This document shows, in pieces, positions 26,526-40,500 of a stretch of DNA of 64,000 nt. The translations under genes and the position numbers were made by a program. The DNA lies in assembly GCF_009914755.1 (NCBI RefSeq), contig NC_060931.1. One strand, 5' to 3'. The notes beneath the pieces are model-generated. The model ran no database searches. It saw only the letters and a program-made list of their open reading frames with translations, and had not been told where the DNA came from. The DNA is from the human T2T-CHM13v2.0 reference genome, Homo sapiens. Position 1 is the stretch's first letter. The number at the start of each line of letters is the position of its first letter.

Positions 26526-28558
26526 GTGCCTTCAACTCAGAGTTCAACCTTTCTTTTCTTAGAGCAGTTTAGAAACACTCTGCTTGTTATGTCTGCAAGT
26601 GGATATTTGGACCTCTTTGAGGCCTTCGTTGCAAACGGGGTTTCTTCCTTTCATGCTAGACTAAGAAGAGTTCTCAGTAACTTTTTTGTGTTGTGTGTAT
26701 TCAACTCACAGAGTTGAACCTTGCTTTAGAGAGAGCAGATTTGAAACACTCTTGCTGTGGCATTTTCAGGTGGAGATTTCAAGCGATTTGTGGACAATTG
26801 CAGAAAAGGAAATATCTTCGTATAATAACCAGACAGAATCATTCTCAGAAAGTGCTTTGTGATGTGTGCGTTCAACTCACAGAGTTTAACCTTTCTTTTC
26901 ATAGAGGAGTTTGGAAACACACTGTTTGTAAAGTCTGCAAGTGGATACATGGACCTGTTTGAGGCCTTCGTTGGAAACGGGATTTCTTCATTGAATGCTA
27001 GACGGAAGAATTCTCAGTAAATTCTTTGTGTTGTGTGCATTCAACTCACAGAGTGGAACGTCCCTTTAGACAGAGCAGATTTGAAACACTCTTTTTGCGG
27101 AATTTGCAAGTGGAGATTTCTAGCCATTTGATGCCAACAGTAGAAAGGGAAATATCTTCAAATAAAAACCAGACAGAATCATTCTCAGAAAATTCTTTGT
27201 GATGTGTGCGTTCAACTCACATAGTTTAACCTTTCTTTTCATAGAGCAGTTTGGAAACACTCTGTTTGTAAAGTCTGCAAGTGGATATATGGACCGCATT
27301 GAGGCCTTCGTTGGAAACGGGATTTCTTCATTTCATGCTAGACAGAAGAATTCTCAGTAACTTCTTTGTGCTGTGTGTATTCAACTCACAGAGTGGAACG
27401 TCCCTTTGCACAGAGCAGATTTGAAACACTCTTTTTGTGGAGTTTGCAAGTGGAGATTTCAAGCGATTTGATGCCAACAGTAGAAAAGGAAATATCTTCA
27501 AATAAAAACTAGACAGAATCATTCTCAGAAACTACTTTGTGATGTGTGCCTTCAACTCAGAGTTCAACCTTTCTTTTCTTAGAGCAGTTTAGAAACACTC
27601 TGCTTGTTATGTCTGCAAGTGGATATTTGGACCTCTTTGAGGCCTTCGTTGCAAACGGGGTTTCTTCCTTTCATGCTAGACTAAGAAGAGTTCTCAGTAA
27701 CTTTTTTGTGTTGTGTGTATTCAACTCACAGAGTTGAACCTTGCTTTAGAGAGAGCAGATTTGAAACACTCTTGCTGTGGCATTTTCAGGTGGAGATTTC
27801 AAGCGATTTGTGGACAATTGCAGAAAAGGAAATATCTTCGTATAATAACCAGACAGAATCATTCTCAGAAAGTGCTTTGTGATGTGTGCGTTCAACTCAC
27901 AGAGTTTAACCTTTCTTTTCATAGAGGAGTTTGGAAACACACTGTTTGTAAAGTCTGCAAGTGGATACATGGACCTGTTTGAGGCCTTCGTTGGAAACGG
28001 GATTTCTTCATTGAATGCTAGACGGAAGAATTCTCAGTAAATTCTTTGTGTTGTGTGCATTCAACTCACAGAGTGGAACGTCCCTTTAGACAGAGCAGAT
28101 TTGAAACACTCTTTTTGCGGAATTTGCAAGTGGAGATTTCTAGCCATTTGATGCCAACAGTAGAAAGGGAAATATCTTCAAATAAAAACCAGACAGAATC
28201 ATTCTCAGAAAATTCTTTGTGATGTGTGCGTTCAACTCACATAGTTTAACCTTTCTTTTCATAGAGCAGTTTGGAAACACTCTGTTTGTAAAGTCTGCAA
28301 GTGGATATATGGACCGCATTGAGGCCTTCGTTGGAAACGGGATTTCTTCATTTCATGCTAGACAGAAGAATTCTCAGTAACTTCTTTGTGCTGTGTGTAT
28401 TCAACTCACAGAGTGGAACGTCCCTTTACACAGAGCAGATTTGAAACACTCTTTTTGTGGAGTTTGCAAGTGGAGATTTCAAGCGATTTGATGCCAACAG
28501 TAGAAAAGGAAATATCTTCAAATAAAAACTAGACAGAATCATTCTCAGAAACTACTTT
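26526..28558 (+). repeat. Two adjacent 1020-bp HOR copies sharing a 2-bp deletion and an A>T variant
   Basis: ctcagag instead of ctcacagag at ~26538 and ~27558; tgtggac instead of tgaggac at 26791 and 27811. Confidence 0.9.
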
Positions 28559-31500
28559 GTGATGTGTGCCTTCAACTCACAGAGTTTAACCTTTCTTTTC
28601 TTAGAGCAGTTTAGAAACACTCTGCTTGTTATGTCTGCAAGTGGATATTTGGACCTCTTTGAGGCCTTCGTTGCAAACGGGGTTTCTTCCTTTCATGCTA
28701 GACTAAGAAGAGTTCTCAGTAACTTTTTTGTGTTGTGTGTATTCAACTCACAGAGTTGAACCTTGCTTTAGAGAGAGCAGATTTGAAACACTCTTGCTGT
28801 GGCATTTTCAGGTGGAGATTTCAAGCGATTTGAGGACAATTGCAGAAAAGGAAATATCTTCGTATAATAACCAGACAGAATCATTCTCAGAAAGTGCTTT
28901 GTGATGTGTGCGTTCAACTCACAGAGTTTAACCTTTCTTTTCATAGAGGAGTTTGGAAACACACTGTTTGTAAAGTCTGCAAGTGGATATATGGACCTGT
29001 TTGAGGCCTTCGTTGGAAACGGGATTTCTTCATTGAATGCTAGACGGAAGAATTCTCAGTAAATTCTTTGTGTTGTGTGCATTCAACTCACAGAGTGGAA
29101 CGTCCCTTTAGACAGAGCAGATTTGAAACACTCTTTTTGCGGAATTTGCAAGTGGAGATTTCTAGCCATTTGATGCCAACAGTAGAAAGGGAAATATCTT
29201 CAAATAAAAACCAGACAGAATCATTCTCAGAAAATTCTTTGTGATGTGTGCGTTCAACTCACATAGTTTAACCTTTCTTTTCATAGAGCAGTTTGGAAAC
29301 ACTCTGTTTGTAAAGTCTGCAAGTGGATATATGGACCGCATTGAGGCCTTCGTTGGAAACGGGATTTCTTCATTTCATGCTAGACAGAAGAATTCTCAGT
29401 AACTTCTTTGTGCTGTGTGTATTCAACTCACAGAGTGGAACGTCCCTTTGCACAGAGCAGATTTGAAACACTCTTTTTGTGGAGTTTGCAAGTGGAGATT
29501 TCAAGCGATTTGATGCCAACAGTAGAAAAGGAAATATCTTCAAATAAAAACTAGACAGAATCATTCTCAGAAACTACTTTGTGATGTGTGCCTTCAACTC
29601 ACAGAGTTTAACCTTTCTTTTCTTAGAGCAGTTTAGAAACACTCTGCTTGTTATGTCTGCAAGTGGATATTTGGACCTCTTTGAGGCCTTCGTTGCAAAC
29701 GGGGTTTCTTCCTTTCATGCTAGACTAAGAAGAGTTCTCAGTAACTTTTTTGTGTTGTGTGTATTCAACTCACAGAGTTGAACCTTGCTTTAGAGAGAGC
29801 AGATTTGAAACACTCTTGCTGTGGCATTTTCAGGTGGAGATTTCAAGCGATTTGAGGACAATTGCAGAAAAGGAAATATCTTCGTATAATAACCAGACAG
29901 AATCATTCTCAGAAAGTGCTTTGTGATGTGTGCGTTCAACTCACAGAGTTTAACCTTTCTTTTCATAGAGGAGTTTGGAAACACACTGTTTGTAAAGTCT
30001 GCAAGTGGATATATGGACCTGTTTGAGGCCTTCGTTGGAAACGGGATTTCTTCATTGAATGCTAGACGGAAGAATTCTCAGTAAATTCTTTGTGTTGTGT
30101 GCATTCAACTCACAGAGTGGAACGTCCCTTTAGACAGAGCAGATTTGAAACACTCTTTTTGCGGAATTTGCAAGTGGAGATTTCTAGCCATTTGATGCCA
30201 ACAGTAGAAAGGGAAATATCTTCAAATAAAAACCAGACAGAATCATTCTCAGAAAATTCTTTGTGATGTGTGCGTTCAACTCACATAGTTTAACCTTTCT
30301 TTTCATAGAGCAGTTTGGAAACACTCTGTTTGTAAAGTCTGCAAGTGGATATATGGACCGCATTGAGGCCTTCGTTGGAAACGGGATTTCTTCATTTCAT
30401 GCTAGACAGAAGAATTCTCAGTAACTTCTTTGTGCTGTGTGTATTCAACTCACAGAGTGGAACGTCCCTTTGCACAGAGCAGATTTGAAACACTCTTTTT
30501 GTGGAGTTTGCAAGTGGAGATTTCAAGCGATTTGATGCCAACAGTAGAAAAGGAAATATCTTCAAATAAAAACTAGACAGAATCATTCTCAGAAACTACT
30601 TTGTGATGTGTGCCTTCAACTCACAGAGTTCAACCTTTCTTTTCTTAGAGCAGTTTAGAAACACTCTGCTTGTTATGTCTGCAAGTGGATATTTGGACCT
30701 CTTTGAGGCCTTCGTTGCAAACGGGGTTTCTTCCTTTCATGCTAGACTAAGAAGAGTTCTCAGTAACTTTTTTGTGTTGTGTGTATTCAACTCACAGAGT
30801 TGAACCTTGCTTTAGAGACAGCAGATTTGAAACATTCTTGCTGTGGCATTTTCAGGTGGAGATTTCAAGCGATTTGAGGACAATTGCAGAAAATGAAATA
30901 TCTTCGTATAATAACCAGACAGAATCATTCTCAGAAAGTGCTTTGTGATGTGTGCGTTCAACTCACAGAGTTTAACCTTTCTTTTCATAGAGGAGTTTGG
31001 AAACACACTGTTTGTAAAGTCTGCAAGTGGATACATGGACCTGTTTGAGGCCTTCGTTGGAAACGGGATTTCTTCATTGAATGCTAGACGGAAGAATTCT
31101 CAGTAAATTCTTTGTGTTGTGTGCATTCAACTCACAGAGTGGAACGTCCCTTTAGACAGAGCAGATTTGAAACACTCTTTTTGCGGAATTTGCAAGTGGA
31201 GATTTCTAGCCATTTGATGCCAACAGTAGAAAGGGAAATATCTTCAAATAAAAACCAGACAGAATCATTCTCAGAAAATTCTTTGTGATGTGTGCGTTCA
31301 ACTCACATAGTTTAACCTTTCTTTTCATAGAGCAGTTTGGAAACACTCTGTTTGTAAAGTCTGCAAGTGGATATATGGACCGCATTGAGGCCTTCGTTGG
31401 AAACGGGATTTCTTCATTTCATGCTAGACAGAAGAATTCTCAGTAACTTCTTTGTGCTGTGTGTATTCAACTCACAGAGTGGAACGTCCCTTTGCACAGA

Positions 31501-34500
31501 GCAGATTTGAAACACTCTTTTTGTGGAGTTTGCAAGTGGAGATTTCAAGCGATTTGATGCCAACAGTAGAAAAGGAAATATCTTCAAATAAAAACTAGAC
31601 AGAATCATTCTCAGAAACTACTTTGTGATGTGTGCCTTCAACTCACAGAGTTTAACCTTTCTTTTCTTAGAGCAGTTTAGAAACACTCTGCTTGTTATGT
31701 CTGCAAGTGGATATTTGGACCTCTTTGAGGCCTTCGTTGCAAACGGGTTTTCTTCCTTTCATGCTAGACTAAGAAGAGTTCTCAGTAACTTTTTTGTGTT
31801 GTGTGTATTCAACTCACAGAGTTGAACCTTGCTTTAGAGAGAGCAGATTTGAAACACTCTTGCTGTGGCATTTTCAGCTGGAGATTTCAAGCGATTTGAG
31901 GACAATTGCAGAAAAGGAAATATCTTCGTATAATAACCAGACAGAATCATTCTCAGAAAGTGCTTTGTGATGTGTGCGTTCAACTCACAGAGTTTAACCT
32001 TTCTTTTCATAGAGGAGTTTGGAAACACACTGTTTGTAAAGACTGCAAGTGGATACATGGACCTGTTTGAGGCCTTCGTTGGAAACGGGATTTCTTCATT
32101 GAATGCTAGACGGAAGAATTCTCAGTAAATTCTTTGTGTTGTGTGCATTCAACTCACAGAGTGGAACGTCCCTTTAGACAGAGCAGATTTGAAACACTCT
32201 TTTTGCGGAATTTGCAAGTGGAGATTTCTAGCCATTTGATGCCAACAGTAGAAAGGGAAATATCTTCAAATAAAAACCAGACAGAATCATTCTCAGAAAA
32301 TTCTTTGTGATGTGTGCGTTCAACTCACATAGTTTAACCTTTCTTTTCATAGAGCAGTTTGGAAACACTCTGTTTGTAAAGTCTGCAAGTGGATATATGG
32401 ACCGCATTGAGGCCTTCGTTGGAAACGGGATTTCTTCATTTCATGCTAGACAGAAGAATTCTCAGTAACTTCTTTGTGCTGTGTGTATTCAACTCACAGA
32501 GTGGAACGTCCCTTTGCACAGAGCAGATTTGAAACACTCTTTTTGTGGAGTTTGCAAGTGGAGATTTCAAGCGATTTGATGCCAACAGTAGAAAAGGAAA
32601 TATCTTCAAATAAAAACTAGACAGAATCATTCTCAGAAACTACTTTGTGATGTGTGCCTTCAACTCACAGAGTTTAACCTTTCTTTTCTTAGAGCAGTTT
32701 AGAAACACTCTGCTTGTTATGTCTGCAAGTGGATATTTGGACCTCTTTGAGGCCTTCGTTGCAAACGGGGTTTCTTCCTTTCATGCTAGACTAAGAAGAG
32801 TTCTCAGTAACTTTTTTGTGTTGTGTGTATTCAACTCACAGAGTTGAACCTTGCTTTAGAGAGAGCAGATTTGAAACACTCTTGCTGTGGCATTTTCAGG
32901 TGGAGATTTCAAGCGATTTGAGGACAATTGCAGAAAAGGAAATATCTTCGTATAATAACCAGACAGAATCATTCTCAGAAAGTGCTTTGTGATGTGTGCG
33001 TTCAACTCACAGAGTTTAACCTTTCTTTTCATAGAGGAGTTTGGAAACACACTGTTTGTAAAGTCTGCAAGTGGATATATGGACCTGTTTGAGGCCTTCG
33101 TTGGAAACGGGATTTCTTCATTGAATGCTAGACGGAAGAATTCTCAGTAAATTCTTTGTGTTGTGTGCATTCAACTCACAGAGTGGAACGTCCCTTTAGA
33201 CAGAGCAGATTTGAAACACTCTTTTTGCGGAATTTGCAAGTGGAGATTTCTAGCCATTTGATGCCAACAGTAGAAAGGGAAATATCTTCAAATAAAAACC
33301 AGACAGAATCATTCTCAGAAAATTCTTTGTGATGTGTGCGTTCAACTCACATAGTTTAACCTTTCTTTTCATAGAGCAGTTTGGAAACACTCTGTTTGTA
33401 AAGTCTGCAAGTGGATATATGGACCGCATTGAGGCCTTCGTTGGAAACGGGATTTCTTCATTTCATGCTAGACAGAAGAATTCTCAGTAACTTCTTTGTG
33501 CTGTGTGTATTCAACTCACAGAGTGGAACGTCCCTTTGCACAGAGCACATTTGAAACACTCTTTTTGTGGAGTTTGCAAGTGGAGATTTCAAGCGATTTG
33601 ATGCCAACAGTAGAAAAGGAAATATCTTCAAATAAAAACTAGACAGAATCATTCTCAGAAACTACTTTGTGATGTGTGCCTTCAACTCACAGAGTTTAAC
33701 CTTTCTTTTCTTAGAGCAGTTTAGAAACACTCTGCTTGTTATGTCTGCAAGTGGATATTTGGACCTCTTTGAGGCCTTCGTTGCAAACGGGGTTTCTTCC
33801 TTTCATGCTAGACTAAGAAGAGTTCTCAGTAACTTTTTTGTGTTGTGTGTATTCAACTCACAGAGTTGAACCTTGCTTTAGAGAGAGCAGATTTGAAACA
33901 CTCTTGCTGTGGCATTTTCAGGTGGAGATTTCAAGCGATTTGAGGACAATTGCAGAAAAGGAAATATCTTCGTATAATAACCAGACAGAATCATTCTCAG
34001 AAAGTGCTTTGTGATGTGTGCGTTCAACTCACAGAGTTTAACCTTTCTTTTCATAGAGGAGTTTGGAAACACACTGTTTGTAAAGTCTGCAAGTGGATAT
34101 ATGGACCTGTTTGAGGCCTTCGTTGGAAACGGGATTTCTTCATTGAATGCTAGACGGAAGAATTCTCAGTAAATTCTTTGTGTTGTGTGCATTCAACTCA
34201 CAGAGTGGAACGTCCCTTTAGACAGAGCAGATTTGAAACACTCTTTTTGCGGAATTTGCAAGTGGAGATTTCTAGCCATTTGATGCCAACAGTAGAAAGG
34301 GAAATATCTTCAAATAAAAACCAGACAGAATCATTCTCAGAAAATTCTTTGTGATGTGTGCGTTCAACTCACATAGTTTAACCTTTCTTTTCATAGAGCA
34401 GTTTGGAAACACTCTGTTTGTAAAGTCTGCAAGTGGATATATGGACCGCATTGAGGCCTTCGTTGGAAACGGGATTTCTTCATTTCATGCTAGACAGAAG

Positions 34501-37500
34501 AATTCTCACTAACTTCTTTGTGCTGTGTGTATTCAACTCACAGAGTGGAACGTCCCTTTGCACAGAGCAGATTTGAAACACTCTTTTTGTGGAGTTTGCA
34601 AGTGGAGATTTCAAGCGATTTGATGCCAACAGTAGAAAAGGAAATATCTTCAAATAAAAACTAGACAGAATCATTCTCAGAAACTACTTTGTGATGTGTG
34701 CCTTCAACTCACAGAGTTCAACCTTTCTTTTCTTAGAGCAGTTTAGAAACACTCTGCTTGTTATGTCTGCAAGTGGATATTTGGACCTCTTTGAGGCCTT
34801 CGTTGCAAACGGGGTTTCTTCCTTTCATGCTAGACTAAGAAGAGTTCTCAGTAACTTTTTTGTGTTGTGTGTATTCAACTCACAGAGTTGAACCTTGCTT
34901 TAGAGAGAGCAGATTTGAAACACTCTTGCTGTGGCATTTTCAGGTGGAGATTTCAAGCGATTTGAGGACAATTGCAGAAAAGGAAATATCTTCGTATAAT
35001 AACCAGACAGAATCATTCTCAGAAAGTGCTTTGTGATGTGTGCGTTCAACTCACAGAGTTTAACCTTTCTTTTCATAGAGGAGTTTGGAAACACACTGTT
35101 TGTAAAGTCTGCAAGTGGATACATGGACCTGTTTGAGGCCTTCGTTGGAAACGGGATTTCTTCATTGAATGCTAGACGGAAGAATTCTCAGTAAATTCTT
35201 TGTGTTGTGTGCATTCAACTCACAGAGTGGAACGTCCCTTTAGACAGAGCAGATTTGAAACACTCTTTTTGCGGAATTTGCAAGTGGAGATTTCTAGCCA
35301 TTTGATGCCAACAGTAGAAAGGGAAATATCTTCAAATAAAAACCAGACAGAATCATTCTCAGAAAATTCTTTGTGATGTGTGCGTTCAACTCACATAGTT
35401 TAACCTTTCTTTTCATAGAGCAGTTTGGAAACACTCTGTTTGTAAAGTCTGCAAGTGGATATATGGACCGCATTGAGGCCTTCGTTGGAAACGGGATTTC
35501 TTCATTTCATGCTAGACAGAAGAATTCTCAGTAACTTCTTTGTGCTGTGTGTATTCAACTCACAGAGTGGAACGTCCCTTTGCACAGAGCAGATTTGAAA
35601 CACTCTTTTTGTGGAGTTTGCAAGTGGAGATTTCAAGCGATTTGATGCCAACAGTAGAAAAGGAAATATCTTCAAATAAAAACTAGACAGAATCATTCTC
35701 AGAAACTACTTTGTGATGTGTGCCTTCAACTCACAGAGTTTAACCTTTCTTTTCTTAGAGCAGTTTAGAAACACTCTGCTTGTTATGTCTGCAAGTGGAT
35801 ATTTGGACCTCTTTGAGGCCTTCGTTGCAAACGGGTTTTCTTCCTTTCATGCTAGACTAAGAAGAGTTCTCAGTAACTTTTTTGTGTTGTGTGTATTCAA
35901 CTCACAGAGTTGAACCTTGCTTTAGAGAGAGCAGATTTGAAACACTCTTGCTGTGGCATTTTCAGCTGGAGATTTCAAGCGATTTGAGGACAATTGCAGA
36001 AAAGGAAATATCTTCGTATAATAACCAGACAGAATCATTCTCAGAAAGTGCTTTGTGATGTGTGCGTTCAACTCACAGAGTTTAACCTTTCTTTTCATAG
36101 AGGAGTTTGGAAACACACTGTTTGTAAAGTCTGCAAGTGGATACATGGACCTGTTTGAGGCCTTCGTTGGAAACGGGATTTCTTCATTGAATGCTAGACG
36201 GAAGAATTCTCAGTAAATTCTTTGTGTTGTGTGCATTCAACTCACAGAGTGGAACGTCCCTTTAGACAGAGCAGATTTGAAACACTCTTTTTGCGGAATT
36301 TGCAAGTGGAGATTTCTAGCCATTTGATGCCAACAGTAGAAAGGGAAATATCTTCAAATAAAAACCAGACAGAATCATTCTCAGAAAATTCTTTGTGATG
36401 TGTGCGTTCAACTCACATAGTTTAACCTTTCTTTTCATAGAGCAGTTTGGAAACACTCTGTTTGTAAAGTCTGCAAGTGGATATATGGACCGCATTGAGG
36501 CCTTCGTTGGAAACGGGATTTCTTCATTTCATGCTAGACAGAAGAATTCTCAGTAACTTCTTTGTGCTGTGTGTATTCAACTCACAGAGTGGAACGTCCC
36601 TTTGCACAGAGCAGATTTGAAACACTCTTTTTGTGGAGTTTGCAAGTGGAGATTTCAAGCGATTTGATGCCAACAGTAGAAAAGGAAATATCTTCAAATA
36701 GAAACTAGACAGAATCATTCACAGAAACTACTTTGTGATGTGTGCCTTCAACTCACAGAGTTTAACCTTTCTTTTCTTAGAGCAGTTTAGAAACACTCTG
36801 CTTGTTATGTCTTCAAGTGGATATTTGGACCTCTTTGAGGCCTTCGTTGCAAACGGGGTTTCTTCCTTTCATGCTAGACTAAGAAGAGTTCTCAGTAACT
36901 TTTTTGTGTTGTGTGTATTCAACTCACAGAGTTGAACCTTGCTTTAGAGAGAGCAGATTTGAAACACTCTTGCTGTGGCATTTTCAGGTGGAGATTTCAA
37001 GCGATTTGAGGACAATTGCAGAAAAGGAAATATCTTCGTATAATAACCAGACAGAATCATTCTCAGAAAGTGCTTTGTGATGTGTGCGTTCAACTCACAG
37101 AGTTTAACCTTTCTTTTCATAGAGGAGTTTGGAAACACACTGTTTGTAAAGTCTGCAAGTGGATATATGGACCTGTTTGAGGCCTTCGTTGGAAACGGGA
37201 TTTCTTCATTGAATGCTAGACGGAAGAATTCTCAGTAAATTCTTTGTGTTGTGTGCATTCAACTCACAGAGTGGAACGTCCCTTTAGACACAGCAGATTT
37301 GAAACACTCTTTTTGCGGAATTTGCAAGTGGAGATTTCTAGCCATTTGATGCCAACAGTAGAAAGGGAAATATCTTCAAATAAAAACCAGACAGAATCAT
37401 TCTCAGAAAATTCTTTGTGATGTGTGCGTTCAACTCACATAGTTTAACCTTTCTTTTCATAGAGCAGTTTGGAAACACTCTGTTTGTAAAGTCTGCAAGT

Positions 37501-40500
37501 GGATATATGGACCGCATTGAGGCCTTCGTTGGAAACGGGATTTCTTCATTTCATGCTAGACAGAAGAATTCTCAGTAACTTCTTTGTGCTGTGTGTATTC
37601 AACTCACAGAGTGGAACGTCCCTTTGCACAGAGCAGATTTGAAACACTCTTTTTGTGGAGTTTGCAAGTGGAGATTTCAAGCGATTTGATGCCAACAGTA
37701 GAAAAGGAAATATCTTCAAATAAAAACTAGACAGAATCATTCTCAGAAACTACTTTGTGATGTGTGCCTTCAACTCACAGAGTTCAACCTTTCTTTTCTT
37801 AGAGCAGTTTAGAAACACTCTGCTTGTTATGTCTGCAAGTGGATATTTGGACCTCTTTGAGGCCTTCGTTGCAAACGGGGTTTCTTCCTTTCATGCTAGA
37901 CTAAGAAGAGTTCTCAGTAACTTTTTTGTGTTGTGTGTATTCAACTCACAGAGTTGAACCTTGCTTTAGAGAGAGCAGATTTGAAACACTCTTGCTGTGG
38001 CATTTTCAGGTGGAGATTTCAAGCGATTTGAGGACAATTGCAGAAAAGGAAATATCTTCGTATAATAACCAGACAGAATCATTCTCAGAAAGTGCTTTGT
38101 GATGTGTGCGTTCAACTCACAGAGTTTAACCTTTCTTTTCATAGAGGAGTTTGGAAACACACTGTTTGTAAAGTCTGCAAGTGGATACATGGACCTGTTT
38201 GAGGCCTTCGTTGGAAACGGGATTTCTTCATTGAATGCTAGACGGAAGAATTCTCAGTAAATTCTTTGTGTTGTGTGCATTCAACTCACAGAGTGGAACG
38301 TCCCTTTAGACAGAGCAGATTTGAAACACTCTTTTTGCGGAATTTGCAAGTGGAGATTTCTAGCCATTTGATGCCAACAGTAGAAAGGGAAATATCTTCA
38401 AATAAAAACCAGACAGAATCATTCTCAGAAAATTCTTTGTGATGTGTGCGTTCAACTCACATAGTTTAACCTTTCTTTTCATAGAGCAGTTTGGAAACAC
38501 TCTGTTTGTAAAGTCTGCAAGTGGATATATGGACCGCATTGAGGCCTTCGTTGGAAACGGGATTTCTTCATTTCATGCTAGACAGAAGAATTCTCAGTAA
38601 CTTCTTTGTGCTGTGTGTATTCAACTCACAGAGTGGAACGTCCCTTTGCACAGAGCAGATTTGAAACACTCTTTTTGTGGAGTTTGCAAGTGGAGATTTC
38701 AAGCGATTTGATGCCAACAGTAGAAAAGGAAATATCTTCAAATAAAAACTAGACAGAATCATTCTCAGAAACTACTTTGTGATGTGTGCCTTCAACTCAC
38801 AGAGTTTAACCTTTCTTTTCTTAGAGCAGTTTAGAAACACTCTGCTTGTTATGTCTGCAAGTGGATATTTGGACCTCTTTGAGGCCTTCGTTGCAAACGG
38901 GGTTTCTTCCTTTCATGCTAGACTAAGAAGAGTTCTCAGTAACTTTTTTGTGTTGTGTGTATTCAACTCACAGAGTTGAACCTTGCTTTAGAGAGAGCAG
39001 ATTTGAAACACTCTTGCTGTGGCATTTTCAGGTGGAGATTTCAAGCGATTTGAGGACAATTGCAGAAAAGGAAATATCTTCGTATAATAACCAGACAGAA
39101 TCATTCTCAGAAAGTGCTTTGTGATGTGTGCGTTCAACTCACAGAGTTTAACCTTTCTTTTCATAGAGGAGTTTGGAAACACACTGTTTGTAAAGTCTGC
39201 AAGTGGATACATGGACCTGTTTGAGGCCTTCGTTGGAAACGGGATTTCTTCATTGAATGCTAGACGGAAGAATTCTCAGTAAATTCTTTGTGTTGTGTGC
39301 ATTCAACTCACAGAGTGGAACGTCCCTTTAGACAGAGCAGATTTGAAACACTCTTTTTGCGGAATTTGCAAGTGGAGATTTCTAGCCATTTGATGCCAAC
39401 AGTAGAAAGGGAAATATCTTCAAATAAAAACCAGACAGAATCATTCTCAGAAAATTCTTTGTGATGTGTGCGTTCAACTCACATAGTTTAACCTTTCTTT
39501 TCATAGAGCAGTTTGGAAACACTCTGTTTGTAAAGTCTGCAAGTGGATATATGGACCGCATTGAGGCCTTCGTTGGAAACGGGATTTCTTCATTTCATGC
39601 TAGACAGAAGAATTCTCAGTAACTTCTTTGTGCTGTGTGTATTCAACTCACAGAGTGGAACGTCCCTTTGCACAGAGCAGATTTGAAACACTCTTTTTGT
39701 GGAGTTTGCAAGTGGAGATTTCAAGCGATTTGATGCCAACAGTAGAAAAGGAAATATCTTCAAATAAAAACTAGACAGAATCATTCTCAGAAACTACTTT
39801 GTGATGTGTGCCTTCAACTCACAGAGTTCAACCTTTCTTTTCTTAGAGCAGTTTAGAAACACTCTGCTTGTTATGTCTGCAAGTGGATATTTGGACCTCT
39901 TTGAGGCCTTCGTTGCAAACGGGGTTTCTTCCTTTCATGCTAGACTAAGAAGAGTTCTCAGTAACTTTTTTGTGTTGTGTGTATTCAACTCACAGAGTTG
40001 AACCTTGCTTTAGAGAGAGCAGATTTGAAACACTCTTGCTGTGGCATTTTCAGGTGGAGATTTCAAGCGATTTGAGGACAATTGCAGAAAAGGAAATATC
40101 TTCGTATAATAACCAGACAGAATCATTCTCAGAAAGTGCTTTGTGATGTGTGCGTTCAACTCACAGAGTTTAACCTTTCTTTTCATAGAGGAGTTTGGAA
40201 ACACACTGTTTGTAAAGTCTGCAAGTGGATACATGGACCTGTTTGAGGCCTTCGTTGGAAACGGGATTTCTTCATTGAATGCTAGACGGAAGAATTCTCA
40301 GTAAATTCTTTGTGTTGTGTGCATTCAACTCACAGAGTGGAACGTCCCTTTAGACAGAGCAGATTTGAAACACTCTTTTTGCGGAATTTGCAAGTGGAGA
40401 TTTCTAGCCATTTGATGCCAACAGTAGAAAGGGAAATATCTTCAAATAAAAACCAGACAGAATCATTCTCAGAAAATTCTTTGTGATGTGTGCGTTCAAC

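Noticed and set aside
26693-27982. Longer 89-aa ORFs (also 61094..61363) as an emerging gene
   Set aside because: They arise from one A>T removing a TGA in satellite sequence; there is no evidence of coding constraint.
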